Notes under the pieces: model-generated
Told to the model about the DNA's origin: nothing
Databases searched by the model: none
Seen by the model: only the letters and a program-made list of their open reading frames with translations
Made by a program: the position numbers and the translations under genes
NCBI RefSeq assembly: GCF_963676685.1
Contig: NC_092345.1
Location: forward strand, 104,470,001-104,534,000
Direction of reading: 5' to 3'
Length of the DNA stretch: 64,000 bases
Origin: Mytilus edulis
Lineage: Eukaryota
Shown here: positions 50,201 to 62,126 of the stretch, one piece after another
Layout: the number at the start of each line of letters is the position of its first letter
Position numbering within the stretch: position 1 is the stretch's first letter

Positions 50201-53200
50201 TTACTTTGACCCTTTGAAAAAAATATAAAAATTCAAAATATTTGAACCAACCATTTTGTCAGAAAAAATTACACTGGTTATATTATATAGCAGTTTGACA
50301 GACACTAATTTTGATCATTGAGAAGCTTAATATTCCCTTAACAACATAATGTAATTAAAACGTTTAGCTGATTTTACAGAGTTATCTCCCTGTAGTGTTA
50401 GGTACCACCTTAACATGATATATCTGTTCATTGTATTAGGTATATCTATATCTGTTTATCTCTATTAAAAAATAAAAATAAATGGAAAAGTTGTTTGTCC
50501 GAGTCTGAGTCTGGCTGGTGTTTTTTTTTTAAGCCATTGCATTGTCAGTTTATTTTTTACTTATGATTATGAATGTCCCTCTGGTATCTTTCACCTCTCT
50601 TTTGGTCAATTCTGTAAAACAGAACCTTCTCAAATTAACAGAAATATCATGACAAATCTGAAAACGTTTGTTATTATTTCACCCCGGTAAACTTATTGTA
50701 AAGTGTTAATTACCCTTCAATCTTTCCTCTGAATCTTGTAACTTGCTCTGTAACATTTTAACTTCAGTTCTATAGTTTTCCTGCACAGTTTTTATCTCAT
50801 TTCGTAAACCGTCTTCTTTACCTTTCATATCTTGTTGTAGCTGTCTGAAAATTATAGGATAGAAATTTTTATAAATAATAAAATATCTAAAAGACATTGT
50901 TATTAAACTATGACTATGATGGACTTTTCTATCTTTTAGACATTTCTTTTATAAATTATTTTGAAAAAAATAAACCAAAAGAGTGCCATTACATGTATAA
51001 CAAAATATTATTTCAAACTAAACAAAAGTAACTACATTTAAATTTATAAATATATGTATTGACTACAGTTTTTCATTACCTGTGCTTTTGTTCCAGCAAA
51101 GTATACTGTTCTTTAAAACTTGATAATTTTCTATCCATTTCTGCAATTTGTTTGTCTTTTTCCATAACAGCACCTGAAAAAATTCTCTCATTTTCTTCCC
51201 TGAGACGAGAATTTTCTATTCGTAACTCTTGATTTGAACGTTTGTATTCATCCTTTATCTTAATTAGTTCTTGATGATTAGAAGCTAAGTCATCAAATCT
51301 GGCATTTAATATGTTATATTTTCTGATTTCACCATCCAACATTTCCTGTGCATTTTCTCTAAAGTCCATCATTTCTTTGTTAATCTTATCCAAAGTTTGT
51401 GATTTTCTTGACACATCATCAGCTCTCTGTTTTAATATCATGATGAGTTGGGACTGTTCATCTATACGAGATCGTAACATAGCCGTTTCTGTTTTATCAT
51501 CTTCTGACAAAGATTTCAACTTGCTCAGATTTCTCTGCATATCTGACATGTCCTGAAATGAATGAATAGTTTATTAACAATACATGTAACATTTATGCAA
51601 ACTACATGTACATACATTTACATGTTAATAAAAACTGACCTACCGTTAATCCCAACCTGAACATGACACGAAAGTTGCATGAACAATAGACCATGACTGA
51701 AGAAGCAAGTTAACTAATCTCCATGGAATTAAGATGTGCCAATGCTTAAACAACTGCATATTAAATATCATGAATTTACAATTAGAATAGTAGTTTCAAT
51801 TTATAAAGTGACCTGAAGACAACTCTTAACAAAATCTTGACCCCCAGCTACATCACCTGAAATGACATATACCTTAATCCATAACTGTGGCTGAAAAACA
51901 AGTTGCGAGCCATTAGTTTATGTGCATTTATTATTTGTAAAAATGTTTCATTTTAGGTAACAGAACGTAGCATTTACATGCAGTTAGCTGAAAACAAAAC
52001 ACACAAAATCTTTCAAAAGAACAAACAGAAAAATGTTAAATTGACACACTTACTGTAAATGTACAAAAACCTTACTTAGATATAGAAAGATGTGGTGTGA
52101 GTGCTAATGAGACAACTCTCCATCAAAATAACAATTTAAAAAAAGGAAACCATTATAGGTCAATGTACGGCCTTCAACACAGAGCCTTGGCTCACACCGA
52201 ACAACAACCTACATGTATAAAGGGCCCCAAAATTACTAGTGTAGAACCATTCAAACGGGAAAACCAACGGTCTAATCTATATAAAATAAAAAAACGAGAA
52301 ACACATATAAATTACATAAACAAAGGACAACTACTGTACATCAGATTCCTGACTTAGGACAAGTGCAAACATTTGCAGCAGGATTAAAAGTTTTAATGGA
52401 TCCAAACCTTCTCCCTTTTTCTGAAACAATATCATAACATCATAACATAGAAAAACACACGATAAAATATATTTTTACATACATGTAGTTTTACATACTC
52501 TTCACATACATGTACATGTACATTTATGTACCAAGACTTTTATTGCATAGGAAGGAGAACTAATTACAAAACCTATCTTTGTGTGACTGTCCAAAGTCAT
52601 AATGTTTTTTCTTAATTAGATCATTGCATTATTGGACGTTGATAGCAGATCTTAAGTTTGTTTGTTAAATTTATTCACAAATTTTATAGACTCTGGGTGA
52701 TTTATAGCCAGACATATTCTCGATAGCTGTCCACATTGGCTATTGTTGAAGACTACATGTATATAGCCAGACGTATTCTCGATAGCTGTCCACATTGGCT
52801 ATTGTTGAAGACTACATGTATATACATTGTACATGTAGCCAGACGCATTCTCGATAGCTGTCCACATTGGCTATTGTTGAAGACTACATGTATATACATG
52901 TATAAGTTTCCTTTGGAATGTCTAAATTTTTTATATACTTAAGTTGTGGCTTTTCCTTCAAAGTGAGTTTTAGCAGTGATATTGTTGGCTTTTTTCAAAA
53001 CTACCTCTACCCTTTTTTATTGGGAAAATATGCGTCATTTTCATCAAATTGGGAAATTTAAAATAAACCACAAATTTGACTGAAACTTCAATTTACAGAC
53101 CACTCTTCAAGAGTCAACCCCTTCTTTGAAATAAGACCCCTTTTTGTCAGTGATTATACATAAATAGACCCTCAAATCTGCACATATAGTCATTTTAGGT

Positions 53201-56200
53201 ATGAAAAATGTTTAAATGAGCATTTTTCAGTTTGTTATCTTGCACAATTACTACTGAGACTGCACTGTTTGGGAAAAAAGTTGTCTTTTTGGGAACAATT
53301 CTAAGCCATTTTTTTTTTCAAATTGGGATTCTTCTCCAGGGGAAAAAGCCTTTATTCTCCACTAATTTAAGGCAAACAATATCACTGTTTAGTAACATGT
53401 AGGTGTTGATATGCATGTACATGTAAAAATATTTAACTTCATTATGTTCATCAAAAAGCATGGTAACAAAAAATATTTGTTACATGTACATATATGGTAC
53501 CACATACAGCAATTATTTGGTTAAGTGTAAAATCATAACCAAAAGATAAATCAATACTCACAGAAAATTTTCCATAACAAGATTTTGACTGTCAATCAAA
53601 AAGCAATACAAACGGTAGTAAAACAAAATATGGTTAAAACTTTACTCAGTGCTTGGAGTACAAAATTAGTGCTCGAAACACAAAATCCAGTCTTTTGATT
53701 GGTTGATTCTTGAGTCTGAGTACAAAAATTGTGCTCGAAAGTTTTATGACCGCAAGACCTGTACTACATGTACATTTTGAAAGAGGTCAATATAAAAATG
53801 TAGGCATGATAATGATTAAAGGCTAGAAACTTTATATACTTATGCATACAAAGTTTAGTCAAAGTTTACAAGAAATATGAAATGTATTTATGTAAGTCCC
53901 TAGAACAACAGGACTATTGAAACTTCTTTCCTCATTCCTGCAGCATACAATTATTCCATAATTAACTGATAAATGCACTAATTATCCTGTATGTCAAATA
54001 CATATCTCAGGAAAATCAGACATACATCATTACATGGTTTGGCACAGACTGTCAATGTCAAATTATGTCAGATAGGACTACATGTACAGTACATGTACAT
54101 TGGATCAGACATACAGGGTTTGGCACAGACAGTCAATTAAGAAATAATTCATGGAAGCCATAGATTTGTTGGAAATTTACACATGGCCTGGGCCGTGATA
54201 TTCGAATTTTATCCTGAGCGTTATTTGTTGGAAATTTACACATGGCCTGGGCCGTGATATTCAAATTTTATCCTGAGCGTTAGCGAGGGATAAAATTAAC
54301 GAATATCACGGCCCAGGCCATGTGTAAATTTACAACAAATCTATGGCTTCCATGAATTATTTCGATTCTAATAGGACAAATACGATCATTAAAAAACTGA
54401 AGCGATGATGGGTATACCGTGTGTGTGGCTGTTCTATTTGACCCACTGTTCGATAAAAGTAAAACAAATTTAATAAACCTGCATGAATGATTTCTTAACT
54501 AACCGCTAGAAAAAAATGTGATTCCTTTTGTTACTTCTCAGTAAACCCAACATTTGCAATTTTAAATTTACATTTTATATCGTAAGCTACCGTCAAATTC
54601 ACTGTTGACTTAGTAACCAAGGAGCCGCCATGTTGACTTGCTGAAATCAGTAAATGTGCAATAATGCAATAGAACAGAAAACAAGCAACACCTACCTCAA
54701 TGATTTATTTTAATGCAATTGTATCCGAGTTTAGAAGGTAAACGCAATAGAAAAACCTTCAGCTTTGACATTTTCATACGTATGACGTCATGTTTAGAAA
54801 TGACGTTAATGCGCCAAAATCATTACTGGAATTTCGTGGAATTTTAATTTATTTTGTTTTTGTCCTTTTTTCCGTTCTCTAATGTGTAAATTCTTTTTGT
54901 TATGCGTCAGAATCAGAATAAATGTTCTGTAGGGTTTTATTCAATTGTAATTGTTAACACAGCGAAATCCACAACCGGTTACACATAGGTTAGGATACAT
55001 GTGGATTTACGTGGGAGGCATATTTAAACAGCCATTTGTGTACATCTTGGAGTCTGCGCTAAGTATAGATATATCGAGAATTTTATCACGGTGTTGTTTA
55101 CAAAGCGAAAGAAGCACGTCATATTAGAATGTCAAATTTATCGGTCTAGGGCTGGGCAATACTCATAAAACAAGCAGTTTTGCCAACCCTGCTTAGGTTT
55201 CTGTAAATGTTAATGTCATAATAAAACATGTCTGTTATCTTACAATGCTACATATTTTTACCAAGGAAAAGGGATTGTTGTTTAAAAGATGTCAATAGTT
55301 CAATTTTCAGGTAAAGTGTCGCAGATTCCCAAATAGCATGAGTTCTATAAGGTTCTGTGGTAAAAAGATGTACCCTAACATGATTTGGAAAAAAATAACT
55401 TGGGAAGACTGTCATGGATCTTTGAAATTGATATTGTACAATGATACATTCAATGGACATCATAAAACAGCACATTTGTCAGTGGGTTCAATAATACCCT
55501 ATTTTTATTCAAATTCCTGTTGAATTATTAGATGCTACAATGTATTTAAAATGTAATGTATATACCGGTAATCAAATTAATAATTTGATAATATCAATGT
55601 TTGAAAAAAGAAATGTCAGCCATGTAGTTTAGAGGAATAATAAATAACTGAAGAAGGCCAATGGCCGAAACGTCTGAACAATTGGTTTATTTATACAATT
55701 ATAATATCAAAATAGTTTTCATGAATAAATATTTGCGAATTTTTCTAATGAATTTTTTTTTGGTGATAAATGTTTTGGATGACGACATCATTTGTTGTTC
55801 ATAGGGTGCAAACGTGTGAGGTGGTAACATGTATGGGGGCGAATGCTAAATTGGAGCGAATTTGATTTAGGGAAATGGACCCAGATTCCTGTCACATAGT
55901 GATCATGGTGATAAGTCCAAATACCCCCTCCACAACACATACATGTCAGATTAGGACTCAGATCAGGAGGTTTTTAATCGACATAAATTTTGTCGTAAAT
56001 GTAACCAAATGTAACCGTAAGATGTAGAAATTGTTGTTTAAAGTGTTTTTTTTTCAATTTTTCATCAAAAAGTAATATGTTTATAGTACCCTTGTTGCCT
56101 TTCTATTTGAATGATATCACATTATCAAAAACAGATATTGAAAAGAATCTGTTTGTTTTGTTTTGTTTTTGATAAATGATTGTTCACTGCTTGCAAATAA

Positions 56201-58580
56201 GTCATTATGACGGGAAGCACTAATGACAGGACGATTGCCCCCAGGACAGTTGACCGGACGACATATAAATAGTTATAACTTTTTTGTTATTCGGTAGATT
56301 TGTTTAAAATTTGTAGACCTTAAAGATATTAAAATATATATTATGAAAATCAAACAAAATAAGTGAAAAAAATATTTTTGAGCAAATGAAGTTGACCGGA
56401 CAGTATTCACACTCGTCGTTATACGCTATACATTATATATTCAACTGGTCGGCAACAAGTGTTAATACATCAATACATCTTTTGTTTTACAATATTTGTC
56501 AACAAAATTCCTGAATCTGTGAGAATAATAAATATTGGATACGAAAATATAAACTTCAAAGTAAAAAAAATGTTTTTCTCCATAAAAAGTTGACCGGACA
56601 TTATTCACATTCTCTAATGTACATGTACGCGTTAATTATATTGAACTGATAAAAAAAAAGTGTTATATCTTATTTGTTTTACAATATTTTTACACGAAAC
56701 TAAGAAATCTACGAGATCACAATAAATACTTGATATTAAAATATAAATTTTATATTACATAAAAATGTTTTTCTTCAAAAAAAAGTTGACCGGACGGAAT
56801 TCACATTCGTCATACATGTATATATGCTTTAAATGTATTGAAATGATCGACACAAATATAAAGTTGATCCTGTTAATATATTTAAAACCAGACACATAAA
56901 TTACAACTATAGACTCCATTAGATTTTTGAATCTCTTGTATCATATGTCTCTGTTAAATTACATCGGCGAATATGACTCAGTCTGGTCAACTTTATTTTG
57001 AAGAAAAATATATTTTTTTCAAGAAAGTTTATATTTTCATATCATATAATTATTGATGTCGCAGATTTCTCATTTTCATGACTTAAATCAGCTGCTTAAA
57101 TATTGTTTATCCTTAATTTTTTTTATATTAACATACATGTATAATCAACGTGTACATCAAGGAATGTGAAGACCGTCCGGTTAATTTTTTTGGCAGAATA
57201 TCATGAAGTTTATATTTTCGTATAATATATTTATAAATCTCATAGATTCCTGAATTTCATAGACGAATATTGTAAAGCAATAGAGATATTAACACTTGTG
57301 TTGATCATTTCAATATATTTAAAGCATATATCGGCAAATGTGAATACCATTTCGTCAAATTTTTTAGAAGAAAAACTTTTTTTTTTACTATAAATTTATA
57401 TTTTCGTATAATTTATTTATAAATTTCACAGATTCCTGAATTTCTTGGACAAATATTATTGTAAAACAAAAGAGATATTAACACTTGTTGCCCACCAGTT
57501 GAATATATGTATAGCATTTAAAGGCAAGTGTGAATACCATCTGGTCAACTATATTTGCTCAAAAATATTTTTTTTCACTTATTTTGTTTGATTTTCATAA
57601 AATATATTTTAATAGTATAAGGTCTACAAATATTAAACAAATCTACTGAATAACAAAACAGTTATGACTATATATATGTCGTCCGGTCAACCGTCCTGTC
57701 ATGATCCGGGCAGTCATCCTGTCATTAGTGCAACCCCATTATGACCTTTTCTTTGTATATAGATTTGTATTCATGTCTCCATCTCTTTATCATTTGGTAA
57801 CTGTCATGACTGTATAGACACCCGGATGAAAACAGTAGCTCCATTTAAAAGTTTATCACTATCATTACATACAAACAGATATTTTACCAAAGGAGAAGGT
57901 CCGGTAAGGACCGATTTTGGCCTCAAATTTCAGGTTCATCTGACGAATGATTTTGACCACTTTTTAAACACTTAAGTGTCTATTTTATTTGATTCATTTG
58001 TTTTTGTAAAAGATTTTAACTGATTTAATCATAAAAAAACGCACCGATTCAAGCTGAAATATGAAAAATCTACCAAATATGCCGAAAAATGTCACTTTTC
58101 AGATGGTTTTTGTCAAAAATGAAAGTGGCCGCATCCGTGTTCATCCTCAACCTTTGTATATGTTATGTATTATCATAAAATACAACTTACATTTTAATAT
58201 TAAGGATGAACATGAACATGATGAATGCGGCCACTTTCGTTTTACACGAAAAGCGTCTAAAATTCAACTAAAATGCTAGAATTGTGAAGATTTCAGTAAT
58301 TTAGCATGACTTTGTGGTGCTAGTACCCGATATATTTTCATTGTATTGTCAAAAACGGCCCATGTTTATGTAGCAGAAGCATTCTTCTGTCCAATAAATT
58401 ACTAAAAGTTTACATTTGAACAATTTTGTAAAACTGCTATATTTTGGGGCCAAAAAGGGGTCTTACTGGACCTACTCCTTTAAACACTACACTTTCATTC
58501 ATTGTTTTACTTTTTTTCACCTTATTGCTGTCGGAAACCATTTCTCTGATTTCTTTAGGATTCCTTGTGTTTGATGCCAT
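47190..58580 (-). CDS. CCDC89: Coiled-coil domain-containing protein 89, 7 coding exons, 354 aa
   Basis: Exons 58521-58580, 51080-51552, 50714-50844, 49953-50089, 49686-49768, 47797-47890 and 47190-47276 total 1065 nt with consistent phases. Motifs: ETAMLRSRIDEQSQLIMILKQRAD, LASNHQELIKIKDEYK, KDELLDLAMQRGK, EFEAYRKHS..LL..E..LN..LRH. Confidence 0.88.
47797..47890 (-). CDS. CCDC89: CCDC89 exon REATAVNANLQVRRLREEASDAGHKYTEVVK
   Basis: ttgcag / gtaagt, phase 2->0. Confidence 0.87.
48047..49248. mobile_element. Hairpin-capped non-autonomous element(s) in a CCDC89 intron
   Basis: Palindrome 48047-48180 (loop gagccgcatggctc); second degenerate hairpin ~48823-48936; ends agtatatgataaata (48816) and agtatataataaata (49248). 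Confidence 0.65.
49258..49506 (-). mobile_element. tRNA-derived SINE
   Basis: Minus strand starts gccttgatggccaagtggtctaag (A box) and has gaattcaaaccc (B box); ends aaagtgatgttaaacaccaaaaa. Confidence 0.7.
49686..49768 (-). CDS. CCDC89: CCDC89 exon REQTENKKLQRRIEDMEKAVQTMEEKF
   Basis: ttttag / gtaagt, phase 0->2. Confidence 0.87.
49953..50089 (-). CDS. CCDC89: CCDC89 exon ANYKLQNQ...KEKDELLDLAMQRGKIVQ
   Basis: aag / gtatac, phase 1->0; conserved motif. Confidence 0.87.
50714..50844 (-). CDS. CCDC89: CCDC89 exon QLQQDMKGKEDGLRNE...EERLK
   Basis: Within ORF 50706-50897; ttttcag / gtaatt. Confidence 0.87.
51080..51552 (-). CDS. CCDC89: CCDC89 large exon DMSDMQRNLSKL...LLEQKH
   Basis: ORF 51076-51549; tttcag / gtaatg. 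Confidence 0.92.
52705..52902. repeat. ~59-73-bp tandem repeat x3
   Basis: agccagac.tattctcgatagctgtccacattggctattgttgaagactacatgtata. Confidence 0.9.
52974..53387. mobile_element. MITE with CAGTG termini and a 5-bp TSD (hAT5-like)
   Basis: TIR cagtgatattgtt / aacaatatcactg; tttag on both flanks. Confidence 0.8.
54143..54922. mobile_element. Hairpin-capped non-autonomous element with a 58-bp internal duplication
   Basis: Palindrome 54143-54362 (loop gagcgttagcgag); 54165-54222 duplicated. Confidence 0.65.
55648..55674 (+). ncRNA. Putative minimal hammerhead ribozyme core (Penelope-like element remnant)
   Basis: CTGAAGA-a-ggcc-aat-ggcc-GAAA-cg-TC gives the conserved core, stem II and a palindromic ACGT stem III; stem I is not evident. 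Confidence 0.5.
56212..57736. mobile_element. Foldback-type (Mutator/MULE-like) non-autonomous element, almost wholly palindromic
   Basis: Perfect 9-bp TSD cattatgac (56203-56211 / 57737-57745); GGG/CCC termini; ~700-bp inverted arms made of ~190-bp subrepeats (gttgaccggac). Confidence 0.92.
57889..58481. mobile_element. MITE (Kolobok-like AAAGG termini) ~40 bp into CCDC89 intron 1
   Basis: TIR aaaggagaaggtccggtaagg / cttactggacctactccttt. Confidence 0.75.
58521..58580 (-). CDS. CCDC89: CCDC89 probable first coding exon MASNTRNPKEIREMVSDSNK
   Basis: AAG|gtgaaa donor, phase 0; an in-frame upstream ATG at 58652 is also possible; GC-richer promoter-like DNA upstream. Confidence 0.65.
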
Positions 58581-58719
58581 GTCTTGTCCTAGTAAAATAC
58601 TAGAAAAATTCTCATATAGAAAGGATGTTTGGTGAGCAAGAGATGATTCCATAATTAAAGTTAAGCAACATATTCCACTTTTCTGTTAAAAACAAGTACG
58701 AAATGAAAACGGCGAAACG

Positions 58720-58746
58720 GCTACCACAGAAACATGACGCCGGAAA
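58720..58746. promoter_or_regulatory. Candidate RFX X-box (gctaccacagaaac) and ETS site (ccggaaat) upstream of CCDC89
   Basis: Partial match to GTTNCCATGGNAAC at 58720-58733; CCGGAA at 58740-58745. Confidence 0.3.
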
Positions 58747-59385
58747 TGCCAGAATTTTTTTACGACAAACAGTTACGATATGATGAATGATAATATTGTA
58801 AAAAATTATGTTGTTGCAGCAGGATATACAAAAAAATACTATATTTTACATAAACAATTAAATCGTGTTATTGTTTTTTTTTAAGTTCACCAAAATAAAT
58901 ATTACGACACTGCATGGGAGGTTACTCCATCTGCTTTCGTTTTCGGAAATAGAAAGTCAGAGATTTTTTGGGGTCAAAACTAAAAACTGGGTACAATAGG
59001 GATCAATAGAGTAAAAGTGGGACCAATATTGACAGCCCCAGGTAAAAATCACAAACTCAAAATATAAGCAGAACAAAATGAAATATTTACAGAAGAATAT
59101 ATTTTATTCATATGATTATGAAAACTTACACTTTACAGTAATTATAGGCTAAAAAAGATTAAAATCAATCAAATAACACTTATTAAGCAATACTTTATTG
59201 ACAATGACTGCACGTATCTGCATGCTTGGGACATGTAGACAAATAGGCCTTCGTAGGCTACGCCTATCCGCATTTGATTTTATGATAAACTGTCATATGA
59301 TCCAGAATGAAACGTGAATGATACACGAAAATTATCAGTTGTTTTTAACTGTATTAGTAATTAGTGTGACGAAAAAGTTTAGTAT

Positions 59386-61530
59386 GAATAGAATAGAATA
59401 GAATAGAATAGAATATCTTTTATTTCCATAAGAGGTACCCTCAAGGGGCATAGTGCATATACATTCATGACAATATATAGTTACAAACAATTACAAATAC
59501 AATAAAGCAAAACAACAAAACAGTATGCTTTAAAAAGTTAGACATTTTAAATATTACTTACAGTATCCCAGTGTTATATTATAAATGTTTACTCAAGGCA
59601 GGTGTTTTGATAAGAAATAGCCAAGTTGTTTTAAAATATTAATAGACTCACAGTTTAATAGCCAAATAAATTTATTGACCATATCCAAGGAGTAAAATTT
59701 TTTACATTCTTTAAATATCAGATCAAATAACATGTCTCTATCCTTAGAGTATACAGGACATTCTATAAGAAAATGAAGTTCATCTTCCACTTTATTCAAA
59801 TTGCATTTATCACAAATTCTTTGATGAACTTCTAATTTGGAATATCTCCCAGTTTCAATTTTAAGTCTATGAGATGAAATCCTGAATTTTGTGATAGCTT
59901 TTCTCAAATCAAAATTTTTCAAGATATTTAAATAATTTTCTTTACAAAATGATGTTTTAAACTGACAATATGTTCTTAGTTTTCCTTGGCTATTTTGGCT
60001 ATAAGCATTTTCCCAAGATTTGACATAGGATACTTTTAAACAATTAAGTAAACATTTTCTGAATTTGTATTTACTAAAATTAATGGAGTTACTAGGCAGG
60101 TCAATAATTTTACATAAGTGTCTGACACTGCTATACCAACTATTGTGATTTTTATCATCTAAATCTTTAGAGGTTTGTAAGGCTTTATATAATAAAGAGT
60201 CCTCAGGCATATTTTCAATTCTAAAATAATAATTCAGTAGATTTTTCACAATACTAATATAAATAGGAAATCTACCTAGTTCAGAGAGTACAGCAAAATT
60301 GCTGCTCTTTCTGTTTACACCCAAAATAAATTTTGTTATTTTCATGTGTAATTTATCTGGTTCAAGATCTGAATAAATTTTATCTAAGACTATATCATTT
60401 CTAAATTTACTACTCTTTGGGTTAAATGTACCCCAAATTTCAGAGGAATATAAAGAAATAGGTTTGATCATGTGATCAAATAGATGTAGACTGGTAGTAA
60501 TTTTTGGATGTGAACGAATAACATCTTTGCATAATTTATAATAGCCTTTTAGACTCTTTTTGTACAATTCCTGTCTTGCATGAGAGAAGACTCCTGAAGC
60601 CGAAAATATAAGGCCTAAATACTTGTAGTGCTGTACACATTCCAGTTCAACTTGCTGAAGAGTAAATTTTTCATTGATAAGTCTACCTTGCTTATTAAAT
60701 ACTAAAATTTTTGTTTTATTGGTGTTTATGTTTAAGCACCAGTCAGAGCAAAACTTATCAACATTTTTTAACTTAGATTGAAGACCATATGATGTGGTAG
60801 AGAGCAAAACAATATCATCAGCATACATTAAACAATTAATATTAGTATCACCCAAAATCAGATCATCATCAACATTATCAATATATGATGGAAAGTCATT
60901 TATAAAAATTTTGAAAAGATTAGGGCTTAGGTTATCACCTTGTCGAACCCCTAATTTAACTCTAAAAGAGTCAGTTAAAATTTTCCCAGCTTTGACACAA
61001 GTTGAGCTAACATTGTACATGTTCTTTATAATGTTGTAAAAATTTCCTCCTAATCCCATCTGTAATAGTTTATATTTAATACCACTATGTATGACTGAAT
61101 CAAACGCCTTTTTAAAATCTATAAAACATGCATACAATTTTTTACCTGTGGAAAGTACCGAGTCAATCAGATTTTTAAGCAAAAACATATGATCAGATGT
61201 TCTGGACTTTTTAACAAAGCCAATTTGAAACTCAGTAATTAGACTGTTTTGTAATAAATATTTGTCAAGTCTATCATTTAAGATTGTATTAAAAAGTTTA
61301 CCAATTGCACATGTAATTGAGATGCCTCTGTAGTTTGAGGGATCAGTTGGGTCCCCTGACTTAAAAAGGGGTAGAGTGTATCCTTCAGCCCAGCATTCGG
61401 GATATTTTCCTGTGTTAAGACATAAATTAAATAATTTTCTATAACATGGAACTAAACTATTGGCACTTGCCTTTAGCATTTCATTAGTTATAAAATCTAA
61501 GCCACAAGCTTTATTGTTTTTCAGCTGGGA
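59386..61530 (-). mobile_element. 5'-truncated RTE-X-like LINE with a (TTCTA)n tail
   Basis: Uninterrupted RT ORF (NYRGIS, GVRQGDNLSP, YADD; C-terminal FRISSHRLKIETGR..C..C..EDELHFLIEC); (gaata)n at 59386-59415. Confidence 0.9.
59593..61479 (-). CDS. LINE reverse transcriptase (5'-truncated, frame open to ~61530)
   Basis: 628-aa ORF with RT motifs and a C-terminal cysteine motif. Confidence 0.88.
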   Translation of the reverse strand: MLKASANSLVPCYRKLFNLCLNTGKYPECWAEGYTLPLFKSGDPTDPSNYRGISITCAIGKLFNTILNDRLDKYLLQNSLITEFQIGFVKKSRTSDHMFLLKNLIDSVLSTGKKLYACFIDFKKAFDSVIHSGIKYKLLQMGLGGNFYNIIKNMYNVSSTCVKAGKILTDSFRVKLGVRQGDNLSPNLFKIFINDFPSYIDNVDDDLILGDTNINCLMYADDIVLLSTTSYGLQSKLKNVDKFCSDWCLNINTNKTKILVFNKQGRLINEKFTLQQVELECVQHYKYLGLIFSASGVFSHARQELYKKSLKGYYKLCKDVIRSHPKITTSLHLFDHMIKPISLYSSEIWGTFNPKSSKFRNDIVLDKIYSDLEPDKLHMKITKFILGVNRKSSNFAVLSELGRFPIYISIVKNLLNYYFRIENMPEDSLLYKALQTSKDLDDKNHNSWYSSVRHLCKIIDLPSNSINFSKYKFRKCLLNCLKVSYVKSWENAYSQNSQGKLRTYCQFKTSFCKENYLNILKNFDLRKAITKFRISSHRLKIETGRYSKLEVHQRICDKCNLNKVEDELHFLIECPVYSKDRDMLFDLIFKECKKFYSLDMVNKFIWLLNCESINILKQLGYFLSKHLP

Positions 61531-61892
61531 CTTGAACTAAAGTGCGTATCTGTGTGTGTGTGCTGTGTTGTTGGGTATATAAGTTTCAGGTCGTGCCTTT
61601 CACTTGTAAATGGACGAGATATGCCAAGTATACTCTTTAACAGGGTTGCCCTTGAAATCTACTGGTAGTGTGATTAAGGGAATCCTGGTCACATTTATGA
61701 ATAAATAAATGGATCCTGGTGCAGTCTGAATGAAGTCTTGTAGTGAACATAAATAAGAAGGCGAATAAAAGTTCAATTCTGTGCTATTAAAATCACACGA
61801 CTTTAACAAAGTTTCAAGTATAACACAATGTACATCTAACTTCAGGCTCAACAATACAGGTCTCCTCTTTACTATATAAACTTACTGTCCTC

Positions 61893-62126
61893 TGTTATGT
61901 ATTACTAAGTATAACATTGAGGTAGAAGGCATCTGTTTAGATTAGCATTTTATTCTACACTAAAATAATCAAGCAAGTTACATATTATATATCGCGACAA
62001 CTGTGGTAAGTATAACGGTATAGGCGGTGCCATATGGTTTTCATCACTTTAGAGATTACAGTTCATTTGATAACGATTCGTTGTAACTTTAATAGTTTGT
62101 ATTGTCAGTTTCAATTAGACATAACA
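61893..62126 (-). repeat. Probable 3' LTR (234 bp)
   Basis: TGTTAT...ATAACA inverted termini, directly after the PPT, AATAAA on the minus strand near 61950. Confidence 0.75.

Noticed and set aside
58437-58520. C-terminal part of ORF 58437-58652
   Set aside because: It runs past the donor at 58520 into intron and MITE TIR sequence.
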